From Hyphochytrium catenoides (lineage: Eukaryota > Protista > Hyphochytriomycota), in assembly GCA_900088475.1 (NCBI GenBank), contig FLMG01001065.1:4093-68092 (forward strand): a DNA stretch of 64,000 bases. The letters run 5' to 3'. Positions 1-10,398 of the stretch are shown one piece after another. The notes beneath the pieces are model-generated. The model saw only the letters and a program-made list of their open reading frames with translations. It was not told where the DNA came from and made no database searches. The translations under genes were made by a program, and so were the position numbers. Numbering within the stretch: the first letter of the stretch is position 1; each line of letters opens with the position of its first letter.

Positions 1-55
1 CTCTCTCTCTCTCTCTCTTTTTTTCCTTCCCTCTCTCTTTCTCTGTTGCCCCTAG

Positions 56-1201
56 TACACCTTCGACCAAGCCAACGCCGTCATTTATCAAGCTCTCTGG
101 CTTCTCTCTCCTCTTCTCTTTCTCCCACAAATCAAAGAGTCTTTCCAAATGAAGAAGAGACTCTGTCTCGCATCTCTCTCTATGGCTTTAACGGCTTCTT
201 ACGCCTTTGTCCCTTCCTCTCTCGAAGAGAGAGACCCAGAACTCTATGAAAATGCCTTGGAAATTTCTTCTCTCATTGGCGCGGTTGGTTTGCATCTCTA
301 CACTTTCTCTCTCTCTCTCTCTCTCATTCTCTCTTCTTTCGCTAATGAATGGAATGTCTCTGCGCCTTCCGCGAAGAAGAGAGCAAACATTCAAAAGCAT
401 GAGAGAGAAGAAGAAGCAGGGAAAGAAGCAGAGAGAGGAGGAAAGAAAGGCACCAAGGAAAAAGGGGAGAAGAAAAAGAAAATTCTTGTCTCTCCTTTCC
501 CTTCCTCTCTCTCTCCTCCTCCTGAAGAGAAACAGTCTGACGAGGAGAAGAAAGGAGAGAAGAAGAAAGAGAGCGACGGTACACTAGAAGACAGAAGGAG
601 AAACCAGCAGAGAGACAACGAAGACAGAGAAAGAGAGACTCCAGACGAGGAGAAGAGAACAAGAGAAAGAAAAAAGAGAGACGAAGAAGAAGAAAGAGAC
701 GACTTTCCTCTTCTCACTTCCACAGAGGAACTGAAGAGTTTCCTATGGAGAGCTTCCCGGGAGCAGAGAGAGACTTTTCAGTCTTTCCTCGTCTCGGAAT
801 TTTGCGTGGAGAACATCATTTATTATGAAAAGTCTATGGAGTTTAAGAATATCGGAAAAGGAGAGAGAGAGAGAAAAGAAGAGACGGGGAGAGAGAGAGA
901 GAAAGAGAGTGGCGAGGGAAGAGGGGAAGAAGAGGACTTGAAGAAGGTGGAGGAAGACGAAGAAGAGAAGGCGAAGCAGAGACGACTTCTCCTTTCTCAA
1001 GAAATGCTCTCTCTCTTCATAGTTCCCGGTGTCTCCCTGGAGATAAACATTAGCACAGAAATGCGAGAGACACTTCTCTCTTCCTCGGAAAGAGAGAGAG
1101 AGAGAGAAACCTGTTGGGACGCCGCGGATGAGGAACTTCTCAAGTTGATGCTGGATCCCTATATGCGGTTCGTGATGAAGAGAGAGAGACGGAAGAAATG
1201 A
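56..1201 (+). CDS. Terminal exon of a 7TM-RGS protein (last TM helices plus C-terminal RGS domain); 5' exons lie upstream of the window
   Basis: Pyrimidine tract + AG acceptor at 54-55 opens the frame of ORF 149..1201. RGS motifs FQSFLVSEFCVENIIYY, LFIVPGVSLEINIS, WDAADEELLKLMLDPYMRF follow hydrophobic segments. KESFQMKKRLCLASL aligns with KEAFNMKGRFIKASL of the paralog at 29805-32452. Confidence 0.8.
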   Translation, partial: YTFDQANAVIYQALWLLSPLLFLPQIKESFQMKKRLCLASLSMALTASYAFVPSSLEERDPELYENALEISSLIGAVGLHLYTFSLSLSLILSSFANEWNVSAPSAKKRANIQKHEREEEAGKEAERGGKKGTKEKGEKKKKILVSPFPSSLSPPPEEKQSDEEKKGEKKKESDGTLEDRRRNQQRDNEDRERETPDEEKRTRERKKRDEEEERDDFPLLTSTEELKSFLWRASREQRETFQSFLVSEFCVENIIYYEKSMEFKNIGKGERERKEETGREREKESGEGRGEEEDLKKVEEDEEEKAKQRRLLLSQEMLSLFIVPGVSLEINISTEMRETLLSSSERERERETCWDAADEELLKLMLDPYMRFVMKRERRKK

Positions 1202-1758
1202 AGGGAACTAACGGGAAAGAGATATGGCAACAATGAGAGAGAAGAGAGAGAGAGATGGCAAGAGAGAAACAATTAAGCATAGAAAACCTTAATATAGACA
1301 TACAAAGAGTTTGTTTGACTTGACAAAGAGGGAGAGCCAGAGAGAGAGAGAGTATTCTATTGCTGCACCAGAATTGACAATTTGCTGCAGGAAATGAGAG
1401 AGAGAGAGAAACGAAGCGGGAAGCGTACGCATGCAAGAGCTTATTTGTCTTCTTCTTTGAGACTCGCCCTACTGTCTCCATACTTAATTTTTTCTCTCTC
1501 TCTCTCCCTCTCTCTCTTTTTTTTTCTCTCTCTCTCTCTATATATCCCTCCCTTGTCTCTTTCGTTTTGGCCACTTGGTACTCCTCCTGTCACTGGTCTT
1601 TCGCAGAGAAAAGAAAGACTAGGAGAGAAACATTGTACGAAAGGAAAGGGAAGGCAAGGATAGCTTGAGAATAGTGAGAACGGGAAAGAGAGAAAGAGAT
1701 CTAAAGAAAGAGAGAGAGTAAATGGCGAAGGGGTCCTGGGATCGATCTTATCAAAGCA

Positions 1759-4276
1759 CTACGAGAGAGGAGAGTCATACCCTTCTCCTATTTTTAGAGT
1801 TTCTCCTCCCAGGACAATGTCCACCTCATCTCTTGAACTTCCTTTCTCTCTCTCTCTCTCTTCCTCTCTTTTCCCTTCTCTCTCTTCATAGTACTGTGGG
1901 TCTTGGTCTCTGAGAGTAGATGACGATAAAAGAGAGAAAGACCGTGATCTTCGGCCTCTCAAACGTCCGCCCTGTTCCTCTTCTTCACCTTGCCTTGCTC
2001 TCTCGTTTCTTTCTCTCTCTTTCCCTCCTACCATCATTCCGTCTTCTCGCTCTCTTCCTGGAGAAGAGGAAAGATGGCGCCGGGGAGGTGACTGCTGGGA
2101 AGAAGAAGAACGAGAGAGAGAACGGCGGTGTCTCTTCTCTCTTTCCTCTCCTCCTGCTGGAACTGACTCTCCCTCAAACGCTACAGGCTTCTGCTGCTCA
2201 GAATTTCCGAGGGTCCTGGCCCGCTAATGGCGATGGTGTCAGTTAAATGGAAAGAGAGGAAGAGAGAGAGAGAGCGAAAAGAGAGAAAAGGAATCTTTCC
2301 TGAATGAGAAATAAGATAGTGAGCACAGCAAATTGCGAAGAAGACAGAGAGAAAGGGTCAAGCAAGAGAGACAGGGAAACGGAGAGAAAGAGATAGAATA
2401 AAGGAAGAGGAAGGGAGAGACCATGAGAGAGAGAGGGACAGAGAGAGAGAAAGAGGGAAAACCGTTGACTTCTTACCTGTCTAGAGGAAGCTCTTCTTAG
2501 GGCCACTGGAGAATCAGAAAGAGAAAGAGAGGCCCTAGGCGCATCTTCCCGTAGGGCGTCTCTCTCTTCCTTCTGCTGCGGTGATTGAGAGGAGAGAGAA
2601 AGAGAGTATGGTGCTCTTTCCTCTCCTCTCGCCTGTGGCTTGCGTTGCCGAAGGGAGAGAGACTTTTCTGGGGTCGAGGAGAGAAAGGCAGAGTTTGAAT
2701 TTGAGGAGAGAAGAAGAGCGGCGTTTCTTAAGTCAATCTTAGAGGTTTCCGCCAATGCTTCGGAGAGAAGCTTGTGAATCCACTGAAGCTTGATGTTGGC
2801 GTCGGCAACTAAGAGAGAGAATAAGAGAAAGAGTATCAGCGGGGAGAGAAAAGAAAGAGAGACGAGTCAACTCTTTGCCGAAAAACGAAGAGACATCAGG
2901 CATTCCCGAGAGACATAGAAGAGAGCAGAATAAGAAAGGGAAGAGACAGAAAAAAGTCGTTGCTGAATGACAGAAAAAGCTTTGAGGAGAGAAGGAGAGA
3001 AAAGCTTACCAGCCTGAGACTCTCTTGCATTTATTGCTGGCTCCCTTGCGTTATTGCTCGCCACTGAGTAATCCATAACCTTTGGCTCCTTCAAAGGCAA
3101 GCCCTGCACCTCTGTATGTTCTTCTAGCTCCAGGCGGAAGAAGGTCATTAGAAAGCCGAAGATGGACTTGCAGACGAGATCGAGGAAGGCGTGGATAATA
3201 TAATACGCCTGCCTGCTGATGTGCCCTGAGCCCTGCCAGGAGAAGATAAAGAGGAGAGGGAACAGTGGCCAGAAGCCAAAGAAGACCTGCAGAAAAAGAA
3301 ATGAAAGAGTGGTTAGAGCGCTGCACCTATCTCCATGATGAGGAAGAGAAGAAGGAGGATCAGGGAAGGGTAGAGATAATCTTAGAGAAGACTGTGGAAA
3401 GAGAAAGAGAAAGAGGACAATAAAAGAGGAAGGTCTCCCTGCGGAAGAGAAGGCAGCTAGTATAAATCTCTGAACAAAGAACAAGAGAAACAACGCGATT
3501 AGGCTTGCCAAGTGGTAAGAAGAAAAGAATAGATGAATGAGGAAAAGAAGGAGAGAGAAGAAGATTACATCTTGAAGAGAGACAGAGATAAGTGAAAGGA
3601 GAAGGAAGCGTTTCTTCTCGAGGACGAAACGATGAGACCACATCAGAAGGCATATCCATGCATCCTGGAAGCCGCCTCAAGCCATTGTTCCACGTACCAC
3701 GCACGCCCAAAACAGCAACCTTTGGCACTTGGGCGGGTACACCTGGTACCTCTTCTTGACGTCTCTTATGAGAAAGAGAGATAGCGGAATGAACCAGCAG
3801 CAGCCCAGCGCATAGTAGGCAAACCGAAAGGCTGAAGGCGTGGCAAAGGCCGCGACGGCGCACCACAGAGCAACAAAGACAGCAATGGAATAGCGCAGCT
3901 TTTGCGGTATGTCCAGCGTGAAGGCAAAGTCTACGATCAGCAAGGGACAGGTGAAGACATAGTCTAAGTACCAGTACCAGTTGAGAGAGAAAGGCGTGCC
4001 GCCGCCGTCGAAGAAGTCAAAGCTCTTCGCGGCGTACATTGTTCCGCATAAGAGGCAAACAATCCCTGATATTGAGTTCACTTCCGGAGCGCGGCCGGAC
4101 TTGTAGGGCTTACACGAGTATCCCATCCCGAGGTCGAGACGGTAGAGCATCCAGATTCCAGATCCAGCGATGGCGATAGCAGAGATGGCGCAGATGCTGC
4201 CCAGCAGCGGATAATCCATGTCATTGACGCTGCCCCTGGGCCATCCCTCAGGTGGGCGAGAGTCATAGAACGGCAT
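1759..4276 (-). CDS. KCR2: Kalium (K+-selective) channelrhodopsin, KCR2 type; predicted exons 4276-3698, 3286-3010, 2808-2477, 2223-1759 (~550 aa)
   Basis: 7TM rhodopsin MPFYDSRPPEGW...NWYWYLDYVFTCPLLIVD...HAFLDLVCKSIFG with W102, D105, T109, C110, D116, W210, Y221/Y222, D229, K233 and A136/A140. All three introns are GT..AG, phases 0/1/0 close in frame, and intron positions equal those in the paralog. Recognised from memory as HcKCR2. Exons 3-4 are less certain than exons 1-2. Confidence 0.93.
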
Positions 4277-4839
4277 CCTTCTCTCTCTTTCTTTCTCTCT
4301 CACACGATCTCTCTCTGTCGCCTCCTTTTTCTATCTTTTTATTCCCTTGTTGTTGCTTTATATTTCTTCAATGCGTCGCGAAATGTGGATTGGTTGAGAG
4401 AGAGGAAAGGCGAAGGAGGATATGACAGAGGCTCAATGACGGCAGGTCTCTCCTTGTTACTTTTCGTCCACCGTCTTCTTCCGCCTGCGTCTGCCAGTCA
4501 CTCTTACCAGGACCGACCGACCAGCAAGAAGAACAGAAAAGGAGATACTACTGATAAAGAGCTAGAGTATTATCATAAGCTCGTCTTCCGCTTGACTTGG
4601 GAATTGAGTTCTAATGAAGCGTCGGATGATGAGGCTCTGGCAAGAGCAGCAGCTGGCCACAGCGCAAGAAAGAAGCGAGAAACAAAGAAGAGAGAGAAGG
4701 GGATCAGAAGAGGGAAATTGAGAATTAGAACCATATTCGAAGATTGAAGTAGTGGAGATGACCAGTTCTGAATGATCTGCAGATCAAAAGGAGAGAGAAG
4801 AGGGATGGGAAGCGAGAGAGAAAGAGAAGTGAGGAGGCA

Positions 4840-5160
4840 GAAAGAGGAAAAGAGATAGAGAAAGAGATAAGAATGAAGAGAGAAAGAGGGCGCGGAGGAG
4901 AAGAAAAAGAAGAAGAAGAAGAGAGAGAGAGAGAGAGACAGAGAGCTAGAGAGAGAGAGCAAGGGGAAAAGAAGAGAGAGGAAAAGTGAGAGAGAAGAAA
5001 AGTGAGAGAGAGGAAAAGAGATAGAGAAAGAGATAAGAATGAAGAGAGAAAGAGGGCGCGGAGGAGAAGAAGAAAAAGAAGAAGAGAGAGAGACAGAGAG
5101 ACAGAGAGCTAGAGAGAGAGAGCAAGGGGAAAAGAAGAGAGAGGAAAAGTGAGAGAGGAG
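4840..5160. repeat. Purine-rich local tandem duplication (~170 bp unit, 2 copies) upstream of KCR2
   Basis: gaggaaaagagatagagaaagagataagaatgaagagagaaagagggcgcggaggagaag occurs at ~4845 and ~5010. Confidence 0.7.
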
Positions 5161-5239
5161 AAAAGTGAGAGAGAGGAAAAGAGAGAGGAACCAGAGAGGA
5201 AAAGTGAGAGAGAGGAAACGAGAGAGGAAAAGAGAGAGG

Positions 5240-5280
<41 letters not shown>

Positions 5281-6299
5281 GATGTATCACACTCATATCG
5301 GTCACTGGTTGAATGACAGTATTATATTACTTAATTAGGGGAGTTACAGGCGCAGAGACCATGTCAGAAGACTCATTGCATTGAACAACAAGGATGGGCC
5401 TTCGGGCGTAACTGCTCCATCGCCTTCATAGCATGTGTGTGTGTATGTCCATACGATATCGCACCGAGGCCGAGACTACTTGTAAGTGGACTTATATGGC
5501 ACGTACAACTACCAAATGCCAGTCATTTGTACTTACAATTGCTAGTGCCGGGTAAAACAGTACTTGTACTTGTAGTAATCACCACACACACCTAGAACTA
5601 CCGCGTACCTTAGAAGTTCTACCATCGTCTCTAGGTCTGCAACGAGGCTGGTCAATATATTCTCTGAAAAGCTCCGGCCAACCGCGAAGTGTCCGTACTA
5701 GTTAGTAGTGCATCTATTTTTAGAACGACGCGTGCGTAGGAGACTGTAAGATTTGGCAATCGGCTGATTTCACATACGTAAGGGCGGTTGGTGAAGGAGT
5801 GATAGTTCTCGAGATCGTAGAACGATTGGAAAGTCGTCCAGGCTACCCTACTGGCCATTTATAGAACTAAAACTTTCTCTAATAAAAGTATTGAATTTTG
5901 TTATACCCCTGTCTTTATACGAGTGCCCGCACATGCCTCTACAAGGTGCTTTCTTTGTACTACTGTTTTACCACTTATTACCACTTTTATGTGGTAGTTC
6001 TACTCTTCATTGCATGGCTCTTGACTCTTCACCCGACAGCACGTAATTTTGGTGTTGGTTCTCGGCACTTATGATACCGTGGGACTCTCACTATGTATAT
6101 GGCTGTATTATGGATCAATGGGGCGCCTGACATTTGTTGTTGACTGCTGGCACCTAGTGCCAAGAACTCTGACTAAGATGGACGCCACAAAGCCTCATCT
6201 CTGTGGCAGTTTAGAGGCCTGTCAAAGCAAGAAAGGTACGACCGTAATCGTATCCGCTTCTCTTTCTGAAAATAGCGACAATGTGTTTTCCTGGCTCTC

Positions 6300-8760
6300 C
6301 ATGCCCCTGTCGCGACCCCTTGGTCGCTTCTTCCTCCTCAACCTGATCTCCTCCACACTCATCATCAGTGAAGGAAGAATCATAATTGATCTCTTCAGTA
6401 ATAACATGGGGAGAAGGAGGAGGAGGAGGAGGTGAATCATTATCAATCACAATGTCATCATCAGCAACTTCAAACGCCGCTTGTTATTTATAAGTAACAG
6501 GCCCCGCTGTCGTGTGGGCCCTTGGCCGCCTTTTCTTCTTCCGTCTTTAACCATTTGAAAATGATTGTTTCGAGAATGCCACCTTCTGCGCCCTTCCTTG
6601 CCGCCTTCCATGATTATACTCCCCTCTCTTCTTCTGCACTCTTTCCTGCTTCTTCTTCCTCCCTTGCTCCTGCCGCTGCTCCTGCTTCTGACAACACCCC
6701 CTTGGCTGCTGGCCGTGAACAGGATCAAGATTTCCTTCTTCCTCTCTCGCATTATTCGGTGGTGCGTCCTTCGGTCAATGATGCCCGGCGGGCCCGTGGT
6801 GGGGGCCGAGTGAGGTCCTAGCTTCCCTGCTCTTCTCTTCTCTTTGGCCTATTTGGCTCTTTCTCCATTCTCTTTTGTTGCTTCGTAGTACATATTTGCA
6901 TCTCTTCATCTTCTTCAAAAAGTAGTCGATTATACACGCCTTACTAATTTCTGAAAATATCATTTTTGCTTTTGTACGGCCAGGCAAAGTTGCTGACCGC
7001 TAGAGGTCTTATTTGCCGGAGAAGCCGCCGTTCGTTACAACTCTCAGTCAGAGATTTCCAGATTGATGACAGAGACTCTGGATTGATATTTAGAGCTTCA
7101 ATAGATTGAGATTTCTGACGAATAAAGACCTTGAACTCGGAATCTAGCGGGGCTTGCACGAAGGGAACTAAGCGCAAGCTTACATGGTACAACGAATGAT
7201 TCTTCCTTTACTGATGATGAGTGTGGAGGAGATCAGGTTGAGGAGGAAGAGACCAAGGCATTGTAGCTTTCCTGGTTTCTTTTCTTCTTCCATTTTTTCT
7301 TCTTCTTCTTCTTCTTTTTCTCGATCCTCCTCTTCTTCTCCATCCTCTTCTTCTTCTGCTTTCTTCATCTTCTACTTCTTCTTTTACTCTTTAGCTAAAA
7401 AATCGTCTCCTCTTCATTTCTCTTCTCCTTCTTCTCCTTTTCCTCCTCCTCCTCCTTCTTCTGCTATAAAACCCCTCGTCTCGTCCCCAGCTTGATCTGC
7501 TCCGCGCTTATCATCAGTAAAGGAAGAAGCATTGTTGATCTCCTCAGTTAATAGTAAGGGGAGAAGAAGGAGGCGAAAGAGGTGAACCAGCAACCACAAC
7601 GTCCTCATCATCAAGCTCGACCGCCGCGAGGCAAGCAAGAGAAGGTCTTTTATAAACGAGCGTGTTTTTATAAAGGCCGTGGCTAGTAGACTACTCCTTA
7701 AGAAAGGAGATAGAAAATACTACGAGCAAGAAGAGGAACAAGAGAGAAAAGTAATGGGATAGAAAGAGAAAAAAGAGGAGAGAAGCATCAGGGAGCATCA
7801 AGGGCGGCCGATGATCAGGGAGGATCGACAGGAAGCGGCGGGTGCTGCGGCGACACCGAGGAAGCGGGGAATTCATCATCATCCTCACCAATAATGCGAG
7901 AGAGAAACATCATCATGCTTGATCCTCCTTCCGAAGGACAACATGAGGAGAGATTATAGAAGTAGAGGCCGCCGTATCTTTTTGAGGAGAAGGAGGAGAA
8001 GGAAGAAAAGAAAGAGGAAGAAGAAGAGAGCGGAGAAGAATTGAAAACAGGGAGAAACGGCGGCAGAACGAACCAGCAGGGAAACAATCATTCGGGTCGC
8101 CTCCTCGTGCAACAGAGCCAGGGACCCGCTTGTCTGATCAGACGCTGTCTAAGGTACTGCACATCGCGTTGAGCTGTGACCTTTCGATCGGCTTTGGATG
8201 CGCAAATGGCTTGCAAAGGCCTCCGCCATTGGGACATTGGGACAAAGGCCGCCACACTGGCCGACCTTCCCTCCACCAAAAGACTCCCAAATCAGAGCAA
8301 AAAAGTCGATGCGGCGGTGGGCATTGCAAACAGCCAAGATAGTTCTTTTCTTAGCCTGATGAGAATATTATCCAGACCGATCCGCTGCATAACGAAGGAC
8401 ATATTCTTATCAGGCTAAGAAATGAGCTGAGCCTATAATCACTGTTGTTGGCCCAGTCATTTTCACTCGACGTCCATCTGGGCTCGCAATGATATCAACA
8501 GTGAACGCGGAAGATAGGTGGTTATTCTACTCTCCACGCTTCTCTCCTCTGTACCGAGCCTCACTTCGGATCTTTTACTTTAAGAAAGGTTGGACCTCGC
8601 TCTAGCTTGCATGATTGAGCGTGATGATGATGATGGTCTCGGCGCCACGGCGTCCTCTTCTTCTCCTCTTCCGTCTCCTATCATTATTGCGGAAGAGTTC
8701 AACTATGACTCGTCTTCTTTCGGTTGATAATGAATGATGGTGGCTGGAGGAGAACGTGGT
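6300..8760. repeat. Cluster of decayed dispersed-repeat copies in both orientations between the KCR genes
   Basis: 6330-6390 is the reverse complement of 7195-7250; 6360-6470 is repeated directly at 7510-7620; 8615-8740 matches the reverse complement of 42960-43100. Confidence 0.65.
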
Positions 8761-10007
8761 GAAGAGGAGTCGAGGACTATGTGGTTCTTGTCTCTTCTTC
8801 CTCCTTCTTCTTCGTCTTTTGCTTCTTCTTAGCGATCTTCTAGTCGTGCCTGTAATAAGAGATCCTGCCAACGCGGATAGAGAGAAGCAGACCGTCGCCT
8901 TCATTGGGCATAGCAGCCGTTGGCCGGATCTCCTTCGCCTCCTCTCCTGTGAGATTCTCCCTCGACTGATTCGCGGTTCTATATCTATGCTTCTAGTGAT
9001 GGTGACGTCCTTGTTCTGCTCTTATTGCAGACGAGGCGGCGGGTCCACCGACGTTTAGTCTCTTTCTCTCTAATGCTGATGAGCCTACGACCGGTAACTC
9101 TTCTTAGCACTGGCAGCAGCATCTTCCAAAATCTCTCGGGCCGTTCAGCGGTGCTGCTGCACATGAGGTCCCAGTCTATCATCTCCATCATCAGTGGTAC
9201 GATGCTGCCAATGCTTGGCAGACTCAAGAATAAAATGTTTGAAGAAGGTAAAAGCATGAAGAAGAGGGAGGAGAAAACTTAGAGAGTGGCGAGGGTACCA
9301 ATGGATAGAGAAGAGAAGGAGCTAAAAAGGGAGACATAAATAAGAGAGTGGAATGAGAAGCTAAAGAAGGAAGGAAAAAGTTTATTAACTAAAAAACAAT
9401 GAGAGCCGAAAAGAGAGAGAAGAGAGAAAGAGAATAGAGACAACAAGAGAGAGAGAAAGACGAAGAGAGAGAGAGACACACGAAGAAAGGTAAATAACGA
9501 ATAACTATGGGAAGAGAAGGGAGAAGAAGGATAGAGAGAGAAGAGAGAGAGGGGAATAAAAGAGGTAGAAAGAAGAGAGAGAGAGACTAAGTGGAGAGAT
9601 AAGGCGTATATATGGGAAGGGAAGGACTCCAGGGTAGTGGTATCACTTTTTGGTTTCTTTTATCTCTTCTTTTCTTTCTGTCAGAACCGCTACTGCAGCT
9701 CTCCAACAATGTAATCAGCTACTTCATTCGTTGCATGGAAAGCACATAACGTCACTGGAGCCTCTTTCGGGAATTTCACGAAGAGAGAGAGAGAGAGAGA
9801 GAGAAAAAAAGAGAGATAGAGAGGGAAAAGGAGAGCCTCCTGAAAATGGAAAGGGAAAGGACAGAGTATCTTGTTATCATCCCTCCTCGGGAAAAAGAGA
9901 GTCGTATCCTCCTGTGTCATCTCGACCATCTCCTCCACTAGTAAGAACCGTCTCCTTCTCTTTGTTTCTCCCTCTTGTTTTTCTCTCTCAACTTCTTCTC
10001 TCTTCTT

Positions 10008-10353
10008 TTATTCTCCCTCTTGGTAGTCAGATTCTCCCCCTCTCTCTCTCGCCTTATGAGGGGAATATCGAGAACGCTGCATTCCTTCACCAATCAGCCC
10101 GTTTTCTCCAAGTCTTTCTCTTTCTACGTCTCTCTCGCCGTTTTCTTCTCCAATATCTCTCCTCCTATGCCCTCCTCTCCCTTCCCTTGTAGGAGAAGGG
10201 GAGGATCGGCAAGAGAGAGAGTGATTGACTGAGGAGGAAGAATGAGAGAGAGAGCGGCGGTGTCGTCTCTCTCTTGCCTCCTCTCCTCGTAGTGTCCCCG
10301 CCCCTATTGCGTCTTGTTCCTGATGTTGTGAGCTCTCAGATGCTCTCGCGCGC

Positions 10354-10398
<45 letters not shown>

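Noticed and set aside
4385-4747. 120-aa ORF divergent from KCR2
   Set aside because: No motif, non-ATG start, and no counterpart upstream of KCR1
5330-6200. Possible solo LTR (AT-richer, microsatellite-free)
   Set aside because: No second copy, target-site duplication, PBS or PPT could be defined
8150-8420. RRM-like fragment VTFRSALDAQMACKGL
   Set aside because: Too short, with no RNP motifs or supporting exons
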